NCBI RefSeq assembly: GCF_022701215.1
Contig: NZ_CP089976.1
Span: forward strand, 420,001-452,000
Source: Moraxella nasovis
GTDB lineage: Bacteria > Pseudomonadota > Gammaproteobacteria > Pseudomonadales > Moraxellaceae
Direction: 5' to 3'
Length of the DNA stretch: 32,000 nt
The translations under genes and the position numbers were made by a program. This document shows, piece by piece, positions 18,585 to 26,767 of this stretch; within the stretch, counting starts at the first letter, position 1; each line of letters begins with the position of its first letter. The notes below the pieces were generated by a model. The model was given only the letters and a program-made list of their open reading frames with translations, searched no databases and was not told where the DNA came from.

Positions 18585-19236
18585 ACTCTTGGACAGCCAT
18601 CTGATAAAATACGCCTGCTTTAGTTAGGCACTCTACACTTTGCTTTGGAGATACGCTCATACATGAAGATACTGCCTGATGTGCCAATTTTCCATTGATT
18701 TGCACCGCCAATGCATACGCACTAATCCGCAAGTTTACACCATAAGCGAACTGCTCATTTGCCATATCTGCAGATCTACCTGTGCGGATATGACGAAAAT
18801 CCCCTTGGATGGGTTCGTTTTGCACCATTATCCACATTTGGACTGCATTTGCAGCACTCAAATCACACCAACCCTTTGATGATTGATTGAAACTTGCACG
18901 AACCGCCTGAAAATTTTGTTCGCCAAGTGTGGGGGTATAGCACAGCATGGCAACCGATGTATCATCAACGTTATTTTGGTGTATGTCAATTAGCTTACCA
19001 ATTACGCCACGCTCAGACGCTGCCATTGCCAATGCCTTAGGAGTGGTTAGGCTTTGTAAAGCCTTATCGGCTGTTATTAGTAATAATTCCATCGTGCGAC
19101 TTGCCTGTGCTAAGCGTGCATCTGTCAGGCTTTGCTTAATAAATGCCGCTGCCAACACACTTAAAATTAACAGCACAATCAACACTGCCACCAATACAAA
19201 ACCTTGCTCCATACCATCAGATGACTTGACATTCAT
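18571..19236 (-). CDS. pilX: Type IV minor pilin PilX-like
   Basis: The N-terminal hydrophobic segment is …MEQGFVLVAVLIVLLILSVLAAAF. There is an ATGA overlap with the pilW stop. Its position in the operon fits. Confidence 0.7.
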   Translation of the reverse strand: MNVKSSDGMEQGFVLVAVLIVLLILSVLAAAFIKQSLTDARLAQASRTMELLLITADKALQSLTTPKALAMAASERGVIGKLIDIHQNNVDDTSVAMLCYTPTLGEQNFQAVRASFNQSSKGWCDLSAANAVQMWIMVQNEPIQGDFRHIRTGRSADMANEQFAYGVNLRISAYALAVQINGKLAHQAVSSCMSVSPKQSVECLTKAGVFYQMAVQEYGYE

Positions 19237-20258
19237 GGCAATACACCTTCATTTGCGACATTTCTTAATGCAATGTCTACTTGATGTAATTTTAGGCGGT
19301 AATTGAGATAATTTTCTTGAATCTGGGTACGCTTACCAAAAATGTCAAATGCAGCTGGCATTACATCATCAGTTGGCATCGCAACCGATGAACGATTCAG
19401 TAAAGCGACTTTTAGCAAAACGATAGGCTTGTGCTGGTGGGTTTTGGCATAATCGTCGTGGTATTGCTTGGGAGACAGCCACCGCACTCCATCAGTCGTC
19501 TGAATGCTCATCTGCACCCAAAACCCAACCACATCATCAGCGATAACCACGCCATTATCACCAAACTGATAGATGGTATTTACTTTTTTCGCCTTAGGGC
19601 TTTGTGCATCAATAATGGCGTGATTATACATACTTGACTTACCATTTCTGGTGCCATCTCGCTTAATCGCTTCAGGAACAAATTTACCAGCATCGCACCG
19701 CAGGCTCAAAGATTTAGATGAACTATCTTGGTTAGTAGGAGAGCCAGATGATACACTTTCACCAATAAAATACCGCTCAATTACCACTTGCCCTGCAATC
19801 ATAGCCTGCTTACCAGACGATAACCTGACCTGCCTAGGTCCAAGCACTAAAGCACCCTCACAGTCGTACATATCTTGGGCAGCTCGATAAATAATCGTCA
19901 GCTGATCAGACCGTCTATCTGTCGTATGCGATGTACCCTCTTGATCCATGCGTGTCAATAGCGAGGACAAAGCCTGACCGCCTTGTAAGTGCTGCTTAGC
20001 CAGCTGATTAACATCTGTTAATACACCAGCTGCACCACCAGACAATATATCATCGCCTACATCAAGCCCTGCTAAGCGGATATTTTTAACCATATCTGAC
20101 AGGGCAAATGTCTTAGTAGCCATTAACTCTGCCGTGGTTTTTTGGGTGGTTGTGCTTTTTATGCCAAGCGTATACACTTGCATTAATGCCAAAAGCAGAA
20201 CGCTACTAATCAAAAGCACAACCATCAACTCAAGCAAGCTAAAGCCACGTTCACGCAC
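19233..20258 (-). CDS. pilW: Type IV minor pilin PilW-like
   Basis: The prepilin motif is (M)RERG|FSLLELMVVLLISSVLLL. The GTG start overlaps the pilV stop by 1 nt. Confidence 0.8.
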   Translation of the reverse strand: MRERGFSLLELMVVLLISSVLLLALMQVYTLGIKSTTTQKTTAELMATKTFALSDMVKNIRLAGLDVGDDILSGGAAGVLTDVNQLAKQHLQGGQALSSLLTRMDQEGTSHTTDRRSDQLTIIYRAAQDMYDCEGALVLGPRQVRLSSGKQAMIAGQVVIERYFIGESVSSGSPTNQDSSSKSLSLRCDAGKFVPEAIKRDGTRNGKSSMYNHAIIDAQSPKAKKVNTIYQFGDNGVVIADDVVGFWVQMSIQTTDGVRWLSPKQYHDDYAKTHQHKPIVLLKVALLNRSSVAMPTDDVMPAAFDIFGKRTQIQENYLNYRLKLHQVDIALRNVANEGVLP

Positions 20259-20800
20259 TAATAACTCTCCAAATATACGCAGGTTGCTCCACTATGATAT
20301 TGCCCTTTGGTGTTAATGCATGCAGGCTTTGCTGAGCCTATTAGTGGCTTGGTATCACCCCAAGCGATGATAATACAGATACTCTGTGGTGCGTGTGGGC
20401 AAAATTGGGCGATAATCATCGCCTGTTCATTGGCGGCATAGTGAGCAGCACTGATGGCATTTGCCTTGCCAAACTCAGTATTACGGCACACCGCAGTTTG
20501 GCAGTTCGGTCTATTCATAGCTTGGGCTAACTTTTGATAATTCATTAAGGGCGTATCCGACTGCACCGCCTGAATCAGCGGTATAAACGTCGCTGTGTAG
20601 CTTTGTTTTTGGGCGTGATTCATAAATCGGACTTTTTCAGATTCAGAAGTTAGTAGTGTCGTCGCATGAGTGCGGATATAGGCGTCTTTGCTGGCATGGC
20701 CTGTTTTTAGAAATATTGCTAAAATCCCAAAAATTGCCACCGAAAAAATCATCAGTGCTGCCAATACTTCAATCAAGCTAAAGCCACTTTGTTTTATCAT
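20258..20800 (-). CDS. pilV: Type IV minor pilin PilV-like
   Basis: The prepilin motif is MIKQSG|FSLIEVLAALMIFSVAIFG. It is the first pilin gene of the operon. Confidence 0.8.
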   Translation of the reverse strand: MIKQSGFSLIEVLAALMIFSVAIFGILAIFLKTGHASKDAYIRTHATTLLTSESEKVRFMNHAQKQSYTATFIPLIQAVQSDTPLMNYQKLAQAMNRPNCQTAVCRNTEFGKANAISAAHYAANEQAMIIAQFCPHAPQSICIIIAWGDTKPLIGSAKPACINTKGQYHSGATCVYLESY

Positions 20801-20808
20801 CGCCTATC

Positions 20809-21576
20809 CTAGCCCCCTAACTTTGAAAATCCATCTCGACCGTGAGCGACACACACCGCCAACATCTTTAAATCTGGGTCAGTTTGCCATAACGCACTCG
20901 CCATAGCAGACAGTGTTGCACCTGTGGTGACCACATCATCAAACAAAACCGCTTGCTTGACAGATAACACTTTTGAAACGTAAAAAGCGTTTTTGATGTT
21001 TTTTAGACGCTTGTCACGATCAAGACCACGCTGATGAGAAGCATCATCGATCCTTACCACCCCTTGCCAAACAGGGATTTTCCAGTGATAAGACAGATAA
21101 CGAGCCAATGCAAGTGTTGGGTTAAAACCCCGATGCTTTAGACGCTGGTTGGTCGTTGGTACAGGGATAATCACGGTATTATGCCTGCTTGCCCCTTCTG
21201 GCTTTGGCAGAAGGTTTAATGCGTGAATTAACATCAAAAAAGAAGGCAAATGCTCTTTATCCTTAAAGGCATTTAACGCATGGTTTATCGGATACTGATA
21301 AAAACTTGCCGCAAATAGCGGTAACTTACGATTGCTGGTTGGAATTTTTGCCATTGGCACTTGCCAAGTGGTAAGATTATGGCAAGTCTCGCATAAAAAT
21401 GCGCAGCACGGATCATATAACTGTGATAGCAGACTCTGCCTTATCATGACTTGTCGGCACAGCACACAGCGACAAGCTAAAAAAGATAACTGCCGACCAT
21501 GCTGCATCACCCATTTTCTAGGTAACACAGCAAGCGGATAAGGTGGTAAAATCGTGGTAATGTGATGTGATACCAA
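20809..21576 (-). CDS. comF: ComF-family phosphoribosyltransferase-domain competence protein
   Basis: The N-terminal double CxxC zinc finger is CVLCRQ…CETCH. The C-terminal PRTase motif is VLFDDVVTTGATL. The start is uncertain, either the TTG at 21576 or the ATG at 21507. Confidence 0.85.
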   Translation of the reverse strand: MVSHHITTILPPYPLAVLPRKWVMQHGRQLSFLACRCVLCRQVMIRQSLLSQLYDPCCAFLCETCHNLTTWQVPMAKIPTSNRKLPLFAASFYQYPINHALNAFKDKEHLPSFLMLIHALNLLPKPEGASRHNTVIIPVPTTNQRLKHRGFNPTLALARYLSYHWKIPVWQGVVRIDDASHQRGLDRDKRLKNIKNAFYVSKVLSVKQAVLFDDVVTTGATLSAMASALWQTDPDLKMLAVCVAHGRDGFSKLGG

Positions 21577-21579
21577 TCG

Positions 21580-22788
21580 TTAAAGCCCAGTCCAACCACT
21601 GTCTAGCATGACACCTACACCCAGCGTCGTTGACTCATGGTTATAATCAATAATCGACTGCCCATAGCCTTTAAAAAACTGAATGTAGCCACTCACGCCT
21701 TTACCAAGCGGGCGTACATAGTCAAGCTGCAATGCTCCTTTATGCGTGGTAGGGTTATAACGCACCGTTCCTGAGATATTTTTGCCTTTATCAAGCTCAT
21801 AGATAAATTTTATATCACCATATCCATAATAATCCAAAATATCAGGATTATCATCAGGCTTTTTTGAGTCAGTTCCCTTTAAAACTCTTGTCCATAAACG
21901 CGGCATAACCGTCAGCTTATTCCATTCCATACCAGTCATCAAATATGCTTTATTCCACGAACGTGATAGCGGATCATTTTCTCCATTAGAATGGTGTACC
22001 AAACCTGCTCCAAGCATACGCAAACTGCCACCAAACGGCAAATCCGCTTTCACAGGCTGAGTTACAAACACCTCTGGCTGATAATCATGGGCACGAAATG
22101 GACGAGAGCTGTTTTCATTATATACCTGCCAATGTGACTGCTGAGTGTAGCCCATCCATAAATCAGCGTCAGTGCCAAACAAGTCCTCAGCAGCCTTTGT
22201 CTTTAAGGACACTTGGAACTTTAACTCAGCTTCACGCATTTCATTTAACGAGAAATCTTGCGTTCTTTGGTTAGGCGTCCCTGGGCTACGGTTTGGGCGA
22301 GCATTTAAGAATAATGGCAATGCATAAGTTGGGTTATGTGGTCTGGCAGTCCATAAGCCTTGTTCGCTGTTCTTATCTAAATCATAAGCAAGGCTAAGTG
22401 GTGAATAACGCTGATTTAGACTTTTTACAATTTCTGTATTCTTTGCCTGCTGTTCTATCGTCAATCCAACAGACAGCACATCATCACGCACCAAAGCAGG
22501 ATCACCAGTAAAAATACTCTTAATAGTCTGGCTGATGACGATGGGTTTTTTATCTGCCAATACTTTGGTGTCTTCATTATCCATAACTTGATCAAAGCAT
22601 GCTAAGCGGGTCGTATTTACAGTAATCTGGGTGCATTTTTCAAGTAAGTTTTGCTTAGATTTTTGATCAAATCCAAGCTCATTTACACTTTTAGCATCTG
22701 TCTGACTTGCCACGTCATTAGCATACGCAGCGCCACTTAATGCAAGCATAGACAGGCTTAACGCCTTAATTGCACATGATAATTTCAT
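21580..22788 (-). CDS. pldA: Outer-membrane phospholipase A (OMPLA)
   Basis: A signal peptide is present. The catalytic block GLVHHSNGENDPLSRSWNKAYL matches the E. coli HDSNGRSDPTSRSWNR block. It also has the DDNPDILDYYGYG and GYGQSIIDYN blocks. I chose the ATG at 22788. The N-terminus is about 100 aa longer than in E. coli PldA. Confidence 0.9.
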   Translation of the reverse strand: MKLSCAIKALSLSMLALSGAAYANDVASQTDAKSVNELGFDQKSKQNLLEKCTQITVNTTRLACFDQVMDNEDTKVLADKKPIVISQTIKSIFTGDPALVRDDVLSVGLTIEQQAKNTEIVKSLNQRYSPLSLAYDLDKNSEQGLWTARPHNPTYALPLFLNARPNRSPGTPNQRTQDFSLNEMREAELKFQVSLKTKAAEDLFGTDADLWMGYTQQSHWQVYNENSSRPFRAHDYQPEVFVTQPVKADLPFGGSLRMLGAGLVHHSNGENDPLSRSWNKAYLMTGMEWNKLTVMPRLWTRVLKGTDSKKPDDNPDILDYYGYGDIKFIYELDKGKNISGTVRYNPTTHKGALQLDYVRPLGKGVSGYIQFFKGYGQSIIDYNHESTTLGVGVMLDSGWTGL

Positions 22789-22828
22789 CGTCACTTCTAC
22801 CAAATAGTCGACTTAAACTTCACTAAAA

Positions 22829-23251
22829 TCAATAATACCGCACGCCATTATGGCTGATATAGCCGTCTTGGTGGCGACCTGCGACATCTCGATGCGTCCA
22901 ATGGATAACGCCACCTTGATCGTTATATTCATACTCACCATATAACGCAACAAAATCACCCTCATTTAGCCCATTGACACGATGAGCGACATCAACATTG
23001 TGTACCACAAGTACCGTTTGAGATGAGTTAGATAACTGCACAATAAATCGCTGATGACGACTGCCACGGTTATCATCTTTTAATATCGCAACCACCACGC
23101 CACAAGCTAAAACTTGCACATTAGAGTGGTGATTTTGAAAGCTGTGAATGGCGACGTCATTTTGGCACCCAGATTGATTGTTCGTATCGTCGCTTGTACA
23201 ACCATTTAATAATGCCGCCATAATAACGCCTAAATACACCTTCACGTTCAT
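22829..23251 (-). CDS. DUF3465-family lipoprotein
   Basis: The lipobox signal is MNVKVYLGVIMAALLNG|C. The DUF3465 core is HQRFIVQLSNSSQTVLVVHNVDVAHRV…GEYEYNDQGGVIHWTHRD. The ATG lies 10 nt after the hlyD stop. Confidence 0.75.
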   Translation of the reverse strand: MNVKVYLGVIMAALLNGCTSDDTNNQSGCQNDVAIHSFQNHHSNVQVLACGVVVAILKDDNRGSRHQRFIVQLSNSSQTVLVVHNVDVAHRVNGLNEGDFVALYGEYEYNDQGGVIHWTHRDVAGRHQDGYISHNGVRYY

Positions 23252-23261
23252 CTTCTTTAAA

Positions 23262-24434
23262 TTAACGCTCGCCAAAGCCCTCAGATAATGTCTTGGTAAT
23301 CGGCTTGGTTAGATAAGATAAGACTGTACGCTCCATCGCTTTAATATCAACACTTGCTGTCATACCAGGACGGATGACGATATCATCTGCACGACCTGAA
23401 AACTCCGCTCCAGAGATGTGAATTTGTACACGATAATAAGGTTTTTCACCTCGTTCGGTGCGTTCCATTAGCGTATCTGGGCTAATGTAAGTCACTTCGC
23501 CTTTCATAGCACCAAAAATCGAATAATCGTATGCATCTAGCTTAACGCTTGCCACTTGACCTTCTTTGACATAAGCAATGTCTGCAGGGCTGACTTTTGC
23601 CTCAACAATCAAATCACTGCTTGTTGGTAAAAGCTGCATGATGGTATCACCTGCTCGCACCACACCACCAATGGTGGTTACTTCGATATTCTTGACCTTG
23701 CCGTCAGTCGGTGCAATCAATCGCTTCTCACCTAAAACTTGGGTGCGTTCACGCAACTGTTCTTGTTCTGCTTCTAAATTTTCTTGGGCTTTTGTCAGTT
23801 CTGCCTGTGCTTCTTCAAAGTACTTATTACGCTTATTGGCAATCTGAGCTTCAACATCAGATACTTGCCTTTGTAGTTTAATCACCTCTGCTTGACTGAC
23901 ATCTCCTGCCTCTAAAAGCGGTTCATGAATACGCAACTCTTTTTTTGCAAGTTCTAGCATATTTTGTAATGATGATACATCTTCTTGGATAGCTTGGCGG
24001 CGTCTGTTGTAAAGCTCTGTTTGGTTCTGAATATATTCAGGGTAGCGATAAACACTCTCTGGAAAAACAAGTCGCTTATTAAAAATCTCAGCCTCCAAGC
24101 GAGATACTTGGGCTTGCAAGGCGGCAACTTTAGTTGCTGAATTATCTACCGCTGCCTGCGCTCGCTCTTCTTCTAGCACAGCAAGTAGTTGACCTTGTCT
24201 GACTTCATCACCCTCTTGAACCAACAGCTGAGTCAGAATACCACCTTCAGATGCCTGAACCTCTTGGGTTCTAGCACTTGCAATAACGGTGGCTGTGGCA
24301 CGAGTTACCTGATCAATCTTAGCAAAATAAGCCCAAGTCAACAATGCAATCACAGTCACCAAAGCGACCCATACGATGATTCTTGCACGGCTGGTATCCG
24401 GCTTGTAAGGTTGGTATTGATATGTATTTGACAT
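23262..24434 (-). CDS. HlyD-family type I secretion periplasmic adaptor
   Basis: An N-terminal TM anchor precedes a lipoyl-like segment (GGILTQLLVQEGDEVRQGQLL), a long coiled coil and a beta-barrel domain (APTDGKVKNI…AGDTIMQLLP). I chose the ATG at 24434. Confidence 0.9.
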   Translation of the reverse strand: MSNTYQYQPYKPDTSRARIIVWVALVTVIALLTWAYFAKIDQVTRATATVIASARTQEVQASEGGILTQLLVQEGDEVRQGQLLAVLEEERAQAAVDNSATKVAALQAQVSRLEAEIFNKRLVFPESVYRYPEYIQNQTELYNRRRQAIQEDVSSLQNMLELAKKELRIHEPLLEAGDVSQAEVIKLQRQVSDVEAQIANKRNKYFEEAQAELTKAQENLEAEQEQLRERTQVLGEKRLIAPTDGKVKNIEVTTIGGVVRAGDTIMQLLPTSSDLIVEAKVSPADIAYVKEGQVASVKLDAYDYSIFGAMKGEVTYISPDTLMERTERGEKPYYRVQIHISGAEFSGRADDIVIRPGMTASVDIKAMERTVLSYLTKPITKTLSEGFGER

Positions 24435-24506
24435 CTTAATTTCCATTTCCAGTTGCAGCGGCAAATGTTTGCAGCTGGCGTATATATAAATTCACCGATC
24501 AGGTCC

Positions 24507-26711
24507 TTATTCGCTTTGCGACCCATCTTCTGGCTGCTGTTTTGCCTGAGCTTGTAATTTTGCTTGTTGCTCACTCACAACTTTTGCCTGTTGTTTTTTA
24601 GCCTCTTCTTCATTTTTGCGTAGTTGCTCAAGAACGGCTTGCTTTGGACCATCCATCACAACTTGACCATCTGCCATAATAATGATTCGATTAACGAGCG
24701 ATAACAAACCAAGCTTATGAGTTGAGACAATCAAAGTTTTACTTGGGTCTTGAAGTTCTTGAGCCAATACTTGCAAGCACTGCTGTTCTTGCGAATTATC
24801 CATAGACGCTGTCGGTTCATCAAGTAACCAGACTGACGGCTGAGTCAAAACAAGTCGTGTAAATGCAACAAGCTGTTTTTGCCCACCAGATAAACCCTTG
24901 CCGCCTTCACTAATTGGCAAATCTAAACCGCTTGAGTGATTAGACACCAATCGGATTAATCCTGTGCGGTGTAATACACGATTAATCACGTCATCAGATG
25001 GTGTTGGCATACCAATTAGTAAATTATCACGCAGTGTGCCTTGAAATAGTCGATGGTCTTGTTGCAGATAACCTACTTGATCAGACAAACTTTCACGACT
25101 TAAATGCGTCATGTCAAGTCCATCAAGCAAAATATGACCACTGCTTGGGGCATATAAGCCAGATAACAGCTTTAATAAGGTTGATTTTCCAGAGCCTATC
25201 GCACCTAAAATTGCCACACGCTCGCCTGCACGGATGGTGAGATTTGGCACTCGCAATGCCATTCTTTCATTACCTTGGTAATTAAACCCAACCTGACTGC
25301 AGTGATAATTTCCATAAATTTTTGATGGTGATAAAGGATAGCTGACACCGGCATTGTCTTGGGGCAATTCAAATAATTTTTCGATGTTTGCCTGTGATGC
25401 CTTAGCATGCGAATACTGCACCAACATATTTGGCACGTTCATAATAGGAGCTAATACACGACCACCAAGAATGGTACTGGCAATCAGCCCACCAATCGTC
25501 ATCTGTCCACTCATGACAATAAATGAACCTGTGATGACAATACCCACATAACTGACCTGTTGAAGCATTTGCACACTATAATTTAAATTATCCTGTGCAT
25601 GACGCATTTTTAAGTCATTCGTGGTTGTTTGGTTTGTCACATTCAACCAGCGTGATAAAAATTTCCAGTTACCCGCACCCGCTTTGATGGTTTCTACACC
25701 TTCAACCGCCTCAACCAAAATACCCGTCTTGGCATATGAAGCTGATGCTCCCTCAGCTGCAATCTTATCAATTTTTTTGCGATTCATCAGACCTAAAAAG
25801 ATGCCGATGACTGCAGCAATAATTGGCACTAAAGCTACAAATGGTGACGCAATAACAGCAATCAAGATGATGAATAAAATACTCATCGGCAGATCAACAA
25901 GGGTAAATAGCGTACTTGCTGTAAAAAAGCTGCGAACTTGCTCATAACCACGAAGCTGTGCTGCCAAAGAACCTACCGAATTAGGCATACTATCAACACG
26001 CACCTTAAGCAGTCTTTCAAAAATTGCTCGTGATAAGCCTTGATCCATACCTGCAACCATGCGATCCATTACTTTAGATCTGGCAAATTTCATAAAAGCT
26101 TCAAATAAAATCACCAATGCCACACCACTTGATAAGATAATCAGCGTGTACTGACTGCGGGTCGGAATCACACGGTCATAGACTTGCATTGAAAACAAAG
26201 AAACTGCCAATGCAAGCAAGCTAATGATGAATGATGCAATCACTGCCTCTATGATGACGTTTTTGTGACTTTTTACGCTATCGGTCAATAATGTCTTAAA
26301 GGATACTTTTTGTTTTAGGGCTTGGTTCTCATGAAGTATAACACGAGCAACCATGCTAAATTCGTCAGCCTTGCAGTGGCGTGAGCCATGCTCTTGGGCG
26401 AATAACCATTGATTTTCTTGGGGCTGTTGGACGATACGACCAAAACCCAAAGTCTTATGATAAGCAATCAATGGCATGTACGCTCCATCTGGTGCATCAA
26501 GACGCTCAGGAATGTCGTGAACACCAAGTATCTGAAGCATCGTCATGATACTAGAATAAGGGTCACTAATCCCCTTTGTGCGATCTAATGCAGTTTGCAA
26601 ACGGCTCTTATCCACTGGAAAACCCTGCTCTTTTAGCAGGATTGATAAGGCAAATGCAAGTTCTTCTGGGTTTAGTATTGTGGTAGAAACCTGATGATTT
26701 TGCTCGAGCAT
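24507..26711 (-). CDS. Type I secretion system permease/ATPase (HlyB/LapB-like ABC exporter)
   Basis: An N-terminal domain of about 155 aa with no candidate catalytic Cys near its N-terminus precedes a six-helix TMD. Walker A is GAIGSGKST, the signature is LSGGQKQ and Walker B is WLLDEPTA. A Q/A/K-rich C-terminal tail follows. Confidence 0.93.
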   Translation of the reverse strand: MLEQNHQVSTTILNPEELAFALSILLKEQGFPVDKSRLQTALDRTKGISDPYSSIMTMLQILGVHDIPERLDAPDGAYMPLIAYHKTLGFGRIVQQPQENQWLFAQEHGSRHCKADEFSMVARVILHENQALKQKVSFKTLLTDSVKSHKNVIIEAVIASFIISLLALAVSLFSMQVYDRVIPTRSQYTLIILSSGVALVILFEAFMKFARSKVMDRMVAGMDQGLSRAIFERLLKVRVDSMPNSVGSLAAQLRGYEQVRSFFTASTLFTLVDLPMSILFIILIAVIASPFVALVPIIAAVIGIFLGLMNRKKIDKIAAEGASASYAKTGILVEAVEGVETIKAGAGNWKFLSRWLNVTNQTTTNDLKMRHAQDNLNYSVQMLQQVSYVGIVITGSFIVMSGQMTIGGLIASTILGGRVLAPIMNVPNMLVQYSHAKASQANIEKLFELPQDNAGVSYPLSPSKIYGNYHCSQVGFNYQGNERMALRVPNLTIRAGERVAILGAIGSGKSTLLKLLSGLYAPSSGHILLDGLDMTHLSRESLSDQVGYLQQDHRLFQGTLRDNLLIGMPTPSDDVINRVLHRTGLIRLVSNHSSGLDLPISEGGKGLSGGQKQLVAFTRLVLTQPSVWLLDEPTASMDNSQEQQCLQVLAQELQDPSKTLIVSTHKLGLLSLVNRIIIMADGQVVMDGPKQAVLEQLRKNEEEAKKQQAKVVSEQQAKLQAQAKQQPEDGSQSE

Positions 26712-26767
26712 GTGACAAAGATTCCTTGATTGTTTGGCGGCTTATCGTAACTTTTAATATATAACAC

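Noticed and set aside
22829-23251. DUF3465 protein as the T1SS substrate
   Set aside because: It carries an N-terminal lipobox signal peptide, indicating the Sec/Lol route. That is incompatible with C-terminal-signal T1SS export.
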